Shown here: piece by piece, positions 9,201 through 17,320 of the stretch
Position numbering within the stretch: position 1 is the first letter of the stretch
Layout: every line of letters starts with the position of its first letter
Assembly (NCBI GenBank): GCA_023388435.1
Contig: JAEWGG010000033.1
Coordinates: 29,623 to 93,622 of the forward strand
DNA from: Bacillota bacterium
GTDB lineage: Bacteria > Bacillota > Clostridia > Saccharofermentanales > Fastidiosipilaceae
DNA: 64,000 nt
Direction: 5' to 3'
Translations under genes and position numbers: made by a program
Notes under the pieces: model-generated
Database searches by the model: none
The model's input: only the letters and a program-made list of their open reading frames with translations
What the model was told of the DNA's origin: nothing

Positions 9201-12133
9201 GTGGTGACAACGGCAGCGGCGGCGACGAGGCCTACCTCCTGCCTTGGCTCTGGGATGCCGAGACAGGCACCTATCTGGCTGGACAGGGCCGCCTCTATCA
9301 CTGGAATACCCAGGGCGGCCAGACGAGCTGGGACCTTCCTGAGGACTGGAAGGATCTCTCGAGCGTCACCGTCTATGAGCTGACAGACCTCGGCAAGGCT
9401 GAGCCCCGGACCGTGCCCGTGTCAGGCGGCCAGCTGAGACTGGACGCCAAGGCCGCCACACCTTATGTCATCTATAAACAGGCCAGCCAGCAGCTGGAGC
9501 TGAGCTGGAGCGATGGCATGCACATCGTCGACGCCGGTTTTAATGCCGGTCCTGACAGCCTGCAGGAGCACTGGCTCATCAGCGGCGAGGGTACGGCCTC
9601 CATTCAGAAGAGCCAGCACGCCAACCCCATGCTTCTGCTTGAGGGGACGGTTAAGGCCAGTCAGGAGCTGCGCGACCTGCAAGCGGGGCAGCGCTACGCC
9701 CTCTATGTCGGCCTTGACAAGCGTGGAGGAGCTTCGGCCAGTCTGAGGGTCCTCAAGGGATCTGAGGTTCTGGCGAGCAATCAGAGTGGTCGAAGCATTG
9801 CTCGGAACTACGTGAAAGCCTACTCACACAACACACGTTCTTCCACAGTAGACGGCAGCAGCTACTTCCAGAACATGTATGTCTTTTTCACTGCGCCTGA
9901 GGGTGGGGAGCCCCTGCGTCTCGAACTCGGCCATGAGGGCGAGGGCCAGGCCTACTTTGACGACGTCCGCGTTGTCGCCAACGACTACCGGGGGCTGGAG
10001 ACGGACGAGAACGGAGCGCTCATCCGCCTCAGCAACGACTTCGAGCAGAATGTCCAGGGGATCTGGCCCTTCGTTGTCTCCGCCTCTGAAGGCGTCGAGG
10101 ACAACCGCATCCACCTCTCCGAGATCCACGCCCCCTTCACCCAGGCGGGCTGGGATGTCAAGAAGATGGACGATGTGCTCCAGGGCAGGTGGTCGGTAAA
10201 AATCAACGGCCTGTCCCAGAAGAATACCCTGATCTATCAGACCATTCCGCAGAACCTGCCCCTGGCCCCAGGACGCCGCTACCGTGTCAGCTTTGACTAC
10301 CAGAGTGGCAGCGAGGGCATCTACGCCTTCGCCCTCGGACATGGGGAGTTCAGCCCCGCCACGGTCAGTTTGGATCCCCTGCCCAAGGCCCTGGGGAGCA
10401 GCGGTCACTACGAGACGGAAGTCATGGGCTCGCTGCTCGCTGACTCCTGGATCGGCATTTTCTCGACTTCCAAGGCCCCCGATTTGCAGGGCACCCGCGA
10501 TGCAGCTGCGAACTTTGGCGGCTATAAGGATTTCGTCCTGGATAACTTAGTCGTTGAGCTGATTCCCACGGAGGAAGTGGAGCAGTCCGCTGTGGAGGAC
10601 AAGTTGGCCGAGCTGCAGAAGTCCTTCGATGAGAAAAAGTCGGGTATCAGTGCCGAGGCCCGCCAACTGGCGACCGCCAGTCTGATCCAGGCCAGGGTTC
10701 TGCTCCATATGAACTGCCCGGATCCCCAGCGGCTGACCAAGGCGCTGGAGCTGCTCCGCGCCCTGGAAATCTACCTGGACCAGGCCCCCAGCAATGCAGG
10801 CGACGCCCGCTATGACATCCCTGTTGACAGTTACAGTGTCGAGGTGGGCAGCTTCCAGCCGAACTACGCAAATGTAGAGGGTCCGGCTGAGTACGCCCAG
10901 GATGCTAAGACCGATACCTACTGGCACAGCCAGTGGGGAGTCAATGCCATACAGGCGAAGACGGCCTGGTACCAGTTCAATTTCAAGCAGGCCCAGACTG
11001 TGGACGGCCTGCGCTACCTGCCCAGACCCGGTGGGGCCAATGTTAACGGCAAAATTCTGAAGTATAAGATCGTTCTGACCCTGGCTGACCAGAGTGAACG
11101 GGAGATTGTCACAGAGGGACGTTTTACGGCCCAGACCCAGTGGCAAAAGGTGAATTTCGGCCCTGTTGAAAATGTGACGAAGCTGCGTCTCGTAGTTCTC
11201 GAGAGCGCTGGGCAGACCCCGTCTCAGGTCAATAACTACGCGGCGGCCGCCGAGCTGCGCGTGACGCAGCCTGGAAAGGACGAGGACTCCGTTCCCGTCG
11301 ACACGGCGGAGTTAAAGACTCTGGCAGGGAAGGCCCAGGAGAGCCTGAAGGCTACGTACAGCGCTGAGAGCCGTGAGGCTTTGGAAAAGGCTCTCAAGGA
11401 GGCTCAGGCCGTCCTGGATCAGGAGGCCCCTGACGCCTATGCCGTGGCCCTGGCCCTGGCCAATCTCCGCTGTGCCCTAACACGCCTCAATCCTTCGGCC
11501 GTTCCAGACACGGCTCCCACGGCCCCCAGCCTGCCCCACAGCGACTTCAGTGCTACGGTACCTGCAGACTATCCGACACAGCCGAGCAGACCAACAGGCT
11601 CCGTTCCCGAGCCGCCGCGGACCAGTGTTCCTACGGACTATCCCGTGCAGCCGACGCGGCCCACGGGCTCCGTTCCTGAGGAGCCAGTCGGACCCCAGCC
11701 CGAGCCGCCGCGGACCAGTGTTCCTACGGACTATCCCGTGCAGCCGTCCAGACCTACGGGCTCCGTTCCTGAGGAGCCAGTCGGACCCGAGCCCGAGTCG
11801 CCGCGGACCAGCGTTCCTACGGACTACCCTGTACAGCAGACACTGCCCACAGGCTCGGTTCCCGAGGCGCCGATTGGGCCCCAGCCAGAGCCGTCAGTGC
11901 CCAGCCAGCCCGGCAGTGATTTCAGCGCCCGGGTGCCCGCTGACTATCCGACACAGGAGACCCAGCCGCCAGCCACAGTGCCGACGTCTGAGAGCGCGAA
12001 GCAGACTGGGCAGCCCAGCGCCAAGAAACTGCCTCGCACGGGCGAGACGGCCACGGGCCTCTTCCTCGCCCTGGTCAGCCTCGGTCTGGCGGCCGCTCTG
12101 CTGAGTCAGCGCCGCAGGAGGGGGGAGGACTAG
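6248..12133 (+). CDS. cell-wall-anchored GH101-like endo-alpha-N-acetylgalactosaminidase (1961 aa)
   Basis: N-terminal signal peptide. Large central region resembles the GH101 catalytic module (e.g. DFIYLDVWGN, MTTEWGPGNEY). Two FIVAR-like helical segments, an F5/8-type-C (discoidin/CBM32-like) domain (DAKTDTYWHSQWG...LRYLPRPGG...AAAELRV), a Pro-rich repeat stalk and a C-terminal sortase signal: LPRTG (12029-12043), hydrophobic helix, RRRRGED. Confidence 0.7.
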   Translation: MFKRHRNLVRLAAVLLTASMGLTLFPHAGLLQAGELVSAPSQSLSLESEQGEAGANSSAPAPDLGESPSAEASPVQSETGSTGENSAASERGRDEELRDSGETEAQEEPGRSAALETPTVALSSGTEAEQSAQEARSRRRREAAQTTPEWTLDPAAEKGDETLSLEEGWWRFASSSKNGNSTTNPAQYPAIAIFKNEYDFSQAGQLELTIKANKAGTSNRFGFYLGYKDPNNGLFIGYDAAGWFWQRYGADGQWMQGARTAAPAAQSEQQIQISWDGAKATLLIDQEKALEVDYSSMKNLSRKLAIKGGTYGSDNTDVSIRATEQAPPATEEPATPAKLIAPEDMEVLQNAELRVNVFKKFPLAVDYELLQLGKKKFHGQVLDQRLVAINGQSVELGDAEVQYSRVSDVEAQYILTVKQAEQQIDAQVTARLRLEGRALHFDITAIENKAGEEHPVQTLSFPQQSLISIRSNQAGAQFSGALMSSDTTKPGDEHFSLQKNTEMRDRDYTYAFISADGLSAGLWSNSEHDGRAVAAPVRGGSQNTRIMASTQQVEGEQSLGLTSAPWFYHRRVKDSRGRSYIVPETDMPKSAVIFAADENGDGQVNWQDGAVAYRSIMNNPYKSEEVPELVAWRIAMNFGSHAQNPFLTTLDNVKKVALHTDGLGQSVLLKGYGSEGHDSGHPDYGDIGFRIGGAKDMNTLMREGRKLGARFGVHVNASEMYPEAKAFSDELVRRRADGSLSYGWNWLDQGIGIDGIYDLATGAREQRFQELKDQVGDHMDFIYLDVWGNLTSSGSEDSWETRKMSKMINDRGWRMTTEWGPGNEYDSTFQHWATDLTYGGKGFKGANSQIMRFLRNHQKDSWVGDYPSYGGAANAPLLGGYNMKDFEGWQGRNDYDAYIKNLYTHDLSTKFIQHFQIQRWVNNPLLASTAEDPKSNGGNEEITLADRQGNSLVIRRGSNDQGSSDYRLREMLLNGKTVSRGRVSRGDNGSGGDEAYLLPWLWDAETGTYLAGQGRLYHWNTQGGQTSWDLPEDWKDLSSVTVYELTDLGKAEPRTVPVSGGQLRLDAKAATPYVIYKQASQQLELSWSDGMHIVDAGFNAGPDSLQEHWLISGEGTASIQKSQHANPMLLLEGTVKASQELRDLQAGQRYALYVGLDKRGGASASLRVLKGSEVLASNQSGRSIARNYVKAYSHNTRSSTVDGSSYFQNMYVFFTAPEGGEPLRLELGHEGEGQAYFDDVRVVANDYRGLETDENGALIRLSNDFEQNVQGIWPFVVSASEGVEDNRIHLSEIHAPFTQAGWDVKKMDDVLQGRWSVKINGLSQKNTLIYQTIPQNLPLAPGRRYRVSFDYQSGSEGIYAFALGHGEFSPATVSLDPLPKALGSSGHYETEVMGSLLADSWIGIFSTSKAPDLQGTRDAAANFGGYKDFVLDNLVVELIPTEEVEQSAVEDKLAELQKSFDEKKSGISAEARQLATASLIQARVLLHMNCPDPQRLTKALELLRALEIYLDQAPSNAGDARYDIPVDSYSVEVGSFQPNYANVEGPAEYAQDAKTDTYWHSQWGVNAIQAKTAWYQFNFKQAQTVDGLRYLPRPGGANVNGKILKYKIVLTLADQSEREIVTEGRFTAQTQWQKVNFGPVENVTKLRLVVLESAGQTPSQVNNYAAAAELRVTQPGKDEDSVPVDTAELKTLAGKAQESLKATYSAESREALEKALKEAQAVLDQEAPDAYAVALALANLRCALTRLNPSAVPDTAPTAPSLPHSDFSATVPADYPTQPSRPTGSVPEPPRTSVPTDYPVQPTRPTGSVPEEPVGPQPEPPRTSVPTDYPVQPSRPTGSVPEEPVGPEPESPRTSVPTDYPVQQTLPTGSVPEAPIGPQPEPSVPSQPGSDFSARVPADYPTQETQPPATVPTSESAKQTGQPSAKKLPRTGETATGLFLALVSLGLAAALLSQRRRRGED
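11563..11890 (+). repeat. in-frame 93-bp tandem repeats (3 full copies plus a partial) encoding a Pro-rich stalk
   Basis: Units start at 11612, 11705 and 11798 (period 93 nt), each encoding PPRTSVPTDYPVQP(T/S)RPTGSVPEEPVGP(Q/E)PE. A partial related unit precedes them. Confidence 0.9.
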
Positions 12134-12179
12134 CTCGGCAGCGTCACCTTCGCTACGCTTTTTTGGCAGATTTTTGACA

Positions 12180-12212
12180 GAAGCCCGACCCTTACCCGGT
12201 CGGGCTTCTTTT
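12180..12212 (+). terminator. rho-independent terminator after GH101 gene
   Basis: GAAGCCCGACC-loop-GGTCGGGCTTC stem followed by TTTT. Confidence 0.8.
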
Positions 12213-12296
12213 CAGCGGGTGGAGGAAGCTGGGCGGACGGTGGCTGGCCGCGGCGAAGTGGCGGACAGGTCTGCTAAAAAAATGAATTTTGTTGTC

Positions 12297-12336
12297 AACA
12301 CAGAAGCTTGACAAAAACTTCTGTGTTCATTAAGAT
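12297..12336 (+). promoter_or_regulatory. ylxM-ffh promoter embedded in a perfect 10-bp inverted repeat
   Basis: TTGACA (12308-12313), 17-nt spacer, TAAGAT (12331-12336). AACACAGAAG (12297-12306) and CTTCTGTGTT (12318-12327) flank the -35. Confidence 0.6.
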
Positions 12337-12363
12337 GGGCCAGTGTTGAGGGGAGGCAGGGCA

Positions 12364-12708
12364 ATGCAGCGAGGAGAACAGGGTCTGGAAGGCCGCTGGA
12401 ACTACAGCCAACTACTCGATTTCTACGCTCGACTTTTGCCGGAGAAGCAGGCCCGCATGCTCGACAACTACTACAACGAGGACTACAGTCTGGCCGAACT
12501 GGCGGACCGTGAGGAGATCAGCCGCCAGGCCGCCCACGGCTTGATACAGCGGGGCCGGGAAGAGCTCCTGCGCTACGAGGCCTGTCTACAGCTGGCCCGG
12601 CGCTACAAGCGGCAGCTGACGGCTCTGGAGGTCTTGGAGGGGCAGCAAGAGGCCCTGAACTCGGAGGGGCAGGAGGCCTTGAGGGTCCTGCGCCAGACGA
12701 TGGGATGA
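12364..12708 (+). CDS. ylxM: YlxM/UPF0122 helix-turn-helix protein (SRP-operon associated)
   Basis: LLDFYARLLPEKQARMLDNYYNEDYSLAELADREEISRQAAHGLIQRG matches the YlxM family. Located immediately upstream of ffh as in Firmicutes. ATG 12364 has GGGAGG ~8 nt upstream. Confidence 0.8.
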   Translation: MQRGEQGLEGRWNYSQLLDFYARLLPEKQARMLDNYYNEDYSLAELADREEISRQAAHGLIQRGREELLRYEACLQLARRYKRQLTALEVLEGQQEALNSEGQEALRVLRQTMG

Positions 12709-12715
12709 GGTGGAC

Positions 12716-14089
12716 ATGGCACTATTTGAAGGCTTGACGAAGCGCCTGCAACAGATTAGCGCGAAGATGCGCGGCAAGGCCCGTGTGACGGAGGCGGACA
12801 TCAAGGAGATGACCCGCGAGATCCGTCTGGCCCTGCTGGAGGCCGACGTCCACATTTCGGTGGTCAAGGAGCTCTGTACGCTGATTTCTGAACGCTGTCG
12901 AGGCGTTGAAGTTATGGAGAGCCTGACACCTGGTCAGCAGGTTGTCAAGGTGGTCCAGGAGGCCCTGATAGAGATCCTGGATATCGGTGAGCGCAAGCTC
13001 AAGGTGAATCCCTCCGGCTTTACCGTCATCATGCTCTACGGTCTCCAGGGTTCAGGTAAAACGACCACCGCGGCCAAGTTGGCCAAGCACCTCAAGGAGA
13101 AGGGCAAGAAACCCATGCTCTGCTCCCTGGACACGCACCGCCCAGCAGCGGCCCTGCAGCTGGACATCCTCGCCAAGCAGATCCAGATTCCCTGCTACAT
13201 CCATCCTGAGGAGAAGGATGCCCTGGTCATCGCCCAGGAGGCCTTGGACCGGGCCCGCTACCTCCTCCTGGATACCCTCATCGTTGACACCGCCGGCCGT
13301 ATGACCGTCGATGCTGAACTGATGCAGGAGTTGCGTGGCATTGCCGACATCGTCCAGCCTATGGAGAAGCTGCTCATCGTTGATGCCATGATTGGCCAGG
13401 AGGCTGTCAACGTGGCTCTGGAGTTTGAGCGGGAGATCGGTCTTGACGGCTTCATCATGACGAAGCTCGACGGTGATGCCCGCGGCGGCGCGGCCCTGTC
13501 CATCGCCAAGATGACGAAGAAGCCGGTGAAGTTCATCGCCAATGGTGAGCGCGTCGACGCCCTGGATGTCTATTATCCGGACCGCATGGCCTCGCGCATT
13601 CTCGGCATGGGCGACGTGCTGAGCCTCATTGAGAAGGCCGGACGACAGCTGGACGAGAAGCAGGCCATGGAGAGCCTGGAGCGCCTCAAGCAGAACCGCT
13701 TTACCATGGACGACATGCTCAAGCAGTTCGAGCAGGTGGAGCGCATGGGTTCTATCAAGGACATGCTGGAGCTTCTGCCCGGGGTGGGCGGGAAGGTCAA
13801 GGCCCAGGTCGACACGGAGCAGGCGGACCAGATGATGCGGCGCAGCAAGGCGATCATCCAGTCCATGACCCCCCAGGAGCGCCGCAATCCGGAAGTCCTG
13901 AATGCCTCGCGCCGCAAGCGTATCGCCCAGGGCTCTGGGACCAGTATTCAGGACATTAACCGCCTCATCAAACAATACAATGACGCCCTGAAGCTCTTTA
14001 AGCAATTTGGTGGTGTTAAGGGAAAGAAAGGTCGGGGACTCCTGGGCCGCCTGGGCGGTCTCGGGGGCTTTGGCGGCTTCGGCGCCTGA
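12716..14089 (+). CDS. ffh: signal recognition particle protein Ffh
   Basis: MALFEGLTKRLQ N-terminus, GTPase motifs GLQGSGKTTT, DTAGR and TKLDGD, and a Met-rich M domain. Alternative GTG start at 12710. Confidence 0.95.
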   Translation: MALFEGLTKRLQQISAKMRGKARVTEADIKEMTREIRLALLEADVHISVVKELCTLISERCRGVEVMESLTPGQQVVKVVQEALIEILDIGERKLKVNPSGFTVIMLYGLQGSGKTTTAAKLAKHLKEKGKKPMLCSLDTHRPAAALQLDILAKQIQIPCYIHPEEKDALVIAQEALDRARYLLLDTLIVDTAGRMTVDAELMQELRGIADIVQPMEKLLIVDAMIGQEAVNVALEFEREIGLDGFIMTKLDGDARGGAALSIAKMTKKPVKFIANGERVDALDVYYPDRMASRILGMGDVLSLIEKAGRQLDEKQAMESLERLKQNRFTMDDMLKQFEQVERMGSIKDMLELLPGVGGKVKAQVDTEQADQMMRRSKAIIQSMTPQERRNPEVLNASRRKRIAQGSGTSIQDINRLIKQYNDALKLFKQFGGVKGKKGRGLLGRLGGLGGFGGFGA

Positions 14090-14159
14090 GTCCTCAGCAG
14101 AGTCCTGTGCCAATTTTCCTTGATATAGATAAAAACCATATAAATGGAGGATAAGAACA

Positions 14160-14405
14160 ATGGCAGTAAAAATCAGACTGAAGCGCATGGGCGCTAAGAA
14201 GAGCCCCTTCTACCGTGTGGTTGTGGCCGATGGCCGCTACCCCCGCGACGGCCGCAACCTGGCCGAAATCGGCACCTACAATCCCCTGACCGACCCTGCG
14301 GAAATCAAGATTGATGCCGAGGAGGCCAAGAAGTGGCTCGCCAACGGCGCCCAGCCCACAGAGACTGTCCGCGCCCTGCTCAAGAAGTCGGGGGTCCTGG
14401 GATGA
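14160..14405 (+). CDS. rpsP: 30S ribosomal protein S16
   Basis: [32 protein letters not shown] is the canonical S16 N-terminus. Confidence 0.95.
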   Translation: MAVKIRLKRMGAKKSPFYRVVVADGRYPRDGRNLAEIGTYNPLTDPAEIKIDAEEAKKWLANGAQPTETVRALLKKSGVLG

Positions 14406-14656
14406 GTTCCGGCAGCAGTGAGCGGATGCGTAAGCTGCTCATCGACCTGGTGCGCCCCCTCATCACCCGTCCTGAGGACCTGCGTGTGGAGAGCCACCGC
14501 CGCGGTTCCGTCACCGTCCTGGAGCTGCGGGTGCACAAGGATGACATGGGCAAGGTCATCGGTCGCGGCGGCCGCCGTGCCGAGGCCATCCGCAGCGTGA
14601 TGAAGGCCCAGGCCAGCCGCCTGCATAGCCGCGTTCTGGTTGATATTTTGGATTAG
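14402..14656 (+). CDS. KH-domain RNA-binding protein (YlqC family)
   Basis: [28 protein letters not shown] contains the GxxG KH motif. ATGA overlap with rpsP. Conserved position between rpsP and rimM. Confidence 0.85.
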   Translation: MSSGSSERMRKLLIDLVRPLITRPEDLRVESHRRGSVTVLELRVHKDDMGKVIGRGGRRAEAIRSVMKAQASRLHSRVLVDILD

Positions 14657-14662
14657 GAATTT

Positions 14663-15181
14663 ATGCGCCAGTATTTTCATGTGGCTAGAATCAGAGCCGC
14701 CCATGGTGTGCGCGGAGAGTTGAAGTTGGACTTGCTCTCCGAGGAGCCAGGGCGGCTTCGCACATTGTCTACGGTCTTCCTGCTCAGCCCTCAGGAGGAG
14801 GTCCTGGGGCGGAGGAGGCTGAGCGTGCGCCCCAAGGAGGAGCAGATTGCCCGCCTGGAGGGGGTGGACAGCCGGGAGGCAGCCGAGGCCCTTAAGGCTC
14901 ATTTTCTCTCCGTCCCTCGAGAGGAAGCCCTGCCCTTAGGGGAGGGCCGTTACTTCGTCGACGACCTGATAGGGCTCAGCGTCGAAGCTGAGGATGGGCA
15001 GGTCCTGGGCAGCATACGGGAGGTACTGCCCTATGCGCCCAACGACATCCTGGTCATTCGTCGTCCTGGCAAAAAGGATCTGCTTTTGCCCGTGCAGAAT
15101 GAGACTTTTTTGCGGGCGGACCTGGAACTCGGGCGGGCCTATGTCCAAGTTCCGCCAGGCCTGCTGGAAATTTACGAATAG
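14663..15181 (+). CDS. rimM: 16S rRNA processing protein RimM
   Basis: FHVARIRAAHGVRGELKLDLLSE N-terminus and a PRC-barrel C-terminal part. Synteny rpsP-KH-rimM-trmD. Confidence 0.9.
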   Translation: MRQYFHVARIRAAHGVRGELKLDLLSEEPGRLRTLSTVFLLSPQEEVLGRRRLSVRPKEEQIARLEGVDSREAAEALKAHFLSVPREEALPLGEGRYFVDDLIGLSVEAEDGQVLGSIREVLPYAPNDILVIRRPGKKDLLLPVQNETFLRADLELGRAYVQVPPGLLEIYE

Positions 15182-15193
15182 GAGGCCCAGCCT

Positions 15194-15973
15194 GTGGACA
15201 TACGGGTGCTTACCCTCTTTCCCGAGCAGATCGAGCAGAACCTCCGTTCCAGTATCACGGGGCGGGCCCTGGAGCGTGGAATTTACCAGCTCCAGTGCAT
15301 CAATATTCGGGACTATGCGGGCAACCGCTATGGCAAAGTCGATGACAAGCTCTATGGCGGTGGGACAGGTATGCTCATGCAGTGTGAGCCCATCTATCAG
15401 GCCTGGCTGGCGGCCCTGGACGGCCTGGACCCTGAATTTGCGCGGACTCAAGGGCGCGTGCGCACGGTCTATCTTTCACCTAAGGGCCCTGTCCTGCGGG
15501 AGCAGCTACTTCCGTCCTATCTTGGCCTGGAGCGGCTCATCCTGCTCTGCGGTCACTATGAGGGCGTGGACGACAGGGTTCTGGAGGCGATGGGGGCCGA
15601 AGAGTTGTCAATAGGCGACTTTGTACTGAGTGGTGGAGAGCTGGCGGCCTGTGTTTTTCTGGACGCCCTCCTGCGTCTTCTGCCAGGGGTTCTCCCCAGC
15701 CAGGAGGCCTATGAAGCCGAGTCGCACAGCGATGGCCTGCTGGAATGTCGCCAGTACACCACACCTGAGGTCTGGCGTGGACGGAGGGTGCCCCAGGCCC
15801 TGCGCTCGGGCAGCCATGAGGCCATCCACCGTTGGCGGCGGGCGGACGCCCTGTGGGAGACAGCCAAGAAGCGGCCCGACCTCTTCCGGAACCAGGCTCT
15901 TGAAGCGGAAGCTTACGCGGACTTATTGGAGCATATCGAGGCCGAACAGCGGGAGGCGGGACAGTGCCTGTGA
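15194..15973 (+). CDS. trmD: tRNA (guanine37-N1)-methyltransferase TrmD
   Basis: IRVLTLFPE, YGGGTGMLM, LLCGHYEGVDDRV and SIGDFVLSGGE are TrmD motifs. GTG start 8 nt after GGAGG. Confidence 0.95.
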   Translation: MDIRVLTLFPEQIEQNLRSSITGRALERGIYQLQCINIRDYAGNRYGKVDDKLYGGGTGMLMQCEPIYQAWLAALDGLDPEFARTQGRVRTVYLSPKGPVLREQLLPSYLGLERLILLCGHYEGVDDRVLEAMGAEELSIGDFVLSGGELAACVFLDALLRLLPGVLPSQEAYEAESHSDGLLECRQYTTPEVWRGRRVPQALRSGSHEAIHRWRRADALWETAKKRPDLFRNQALEAEAYADLLEHIEAEQREAGQCL

Positions 15974-17208
15974 CGGATTTGTCTGCAGGGAATTCCAGGT
16001 CCAGTGCTATCTGCAGCTTCGACCAAGCTATCCCGCGCCGTGCCAGTCGCTCGGCGAAGTGGGACCGCCAGGACCAGCTCCTGGATCCTCGGGGAGAGCT
16101 GGATCTCCTCCATTTTTCGGTGGCGGATATGGACTTTGCCCTGCCACCTGAGCTCCAGGCCTACTACCAGAAGCTGCTGAATCAGGGAGTCCTGGGCTAT
16201 GCGGCTCTGGAGCCAGATTTTGCGCGGAGCGTCGCGGCCTGGCAGGCTCGTCGCCACGGCATAGAGCTTGATGAGGACTGGCTGGTCTTTGCCCCTCGCA
16301 TCAAGACGGCCATGCAGATTCTGGTCGAGTTTCTCACAGAAGTTGGGGACTCCTGCCTGGAGCATGTGCCGCTGTACCCCCCTCTCCAACAGGCCCTGCG
16401 AGGCCAGGGACGCCTGGTCCTGGAGAGTCGCCTCAGGGAGGACGAGACTGGCCGCTGGCGCTTCGACCTGGCGGAAATGGAGGCCCTGCTACGCCCGGAC
16501 ACGCGCTTGATTGTCTTTTGCAATCCCCACAATCCAACTGGGCGGGTCTGGTCGCGCGAAGAGTTGGAGCAGTTGGGTGACTTCGCCCTGCGCCACAAAC
16601 TCTGGCTGATCGTTGATGAGATCCATGCCGACATCCTGCGAGAGGGGCAGCGACACCAGAGCCTGCTGGGCTATCGGCCAGAACTGGACGGACGCCTGAT
16701 TATTGTCAGTTCCCTGAACAAGGCCTTCGGAGTGACGGGCGTGCCCCTGGCCTGGCTGGTCATTCCCAATGCGGACTTACGGGCCCGCGTTCAGGAGCGA
16801 TTGGCACTTCTGGGTCTTTCGGAACCGAGCAGTCTGGCGGCCGGCCTGGCCCCCGTGGCCTATGGCCGCTGTGCCGCCTGGTTAGATCAGATGCTCGCTT
16901 ATGTCGATGACAACGAGGACTGGCTTCGCCAGACTTTTGCCCGGCGCTTTCCCGAGCTGCGCATCTGTAGGCGAGAGGGCAGCTTTACCCTCTGGATTGA
17001 TGCCCGGAAGCTCGGGCTCAGTGACGAGGCCCTGCACAGATTTTTGCTCCGCGAGGCGCGGATTAACCTCTATGCAGGCTCGCATTTTGGCCCGTCCGGA
17101 GCAGGATTTCTGCGCTGGACCATCGCCTGTCCCCGCAGCCTGCTTGAGGAGGCGCTGAGGCGTCTGGAGCGGGCCTGGCCGCAGCGCGTTAGTTATTTGA
17201 CAGAATAG
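15964..17208 (+). CDS. PLP-dependent aminotransferase class I/II, MalY/PatB-like C-S lyase
   Basis: SAKWD near the N-terminus, NPHNPTG, DEIHADI and the PLP-lysine context SSLNKAFGVTG. GTG start overlaps the trmD 3' end by 10 nt. Confidence 0.75.
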   Translation: MPVTDLSAGNSRSSAICSFDQAIPRRASRSAKWDRQDQLLDPRGELDLLHFSVADMDFALPPELQAYYQKLLNQGVLGYAALEPDFARSVAAWQARRHGIELDEDWLVFAPRIKTAMQILVEFLTEVGDSCLEHVPLYPPLQQALRGQGRLVLESRLREDETGRWRFDLAEMEALLRPDTRLIVFCNPHNPTGRVWSREELEQLGDFALRHKLWLIVDEIHADILREGQRHQSLLGYRPELDGRLIIVSSLNKAFGVTGVPLAWLVIPNADLRARVQERLALLGLSEPSSLAAGLAPVAYGRCAAWLDQMLAYVDDNEDWLRQTFARRFPELRICRREGSFTLWIDARKLGLSDEALHRFLLREARINLYAGSHFGPSGAGFLRWTIACPRSLLEEALRRLERAWPQRVSYLTE

Positions 17209-17320
17209 AATTTGTGAAGTAACATATTGCGGATAGTCAGCAAAAATAAGAGCTGACTTCGTGATTAGTCCTCGTTCTCAACCTGAGTGAGAACCGGAGT
17301 CCAAGAGGAGGTGAATATCC

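Noticed and set aside
11550-12104. Regularly spaced repeats considered as a possible CRISPR-like array; also the alternative-frame 184-aa ORF here
   Set aside because: The repeats are contiguous 93-nt units with no unique spacers. They are in frame with the GH101 protein and encode a Pro-rich stalk. The alternative frame ORF is a by-product of the repeat.
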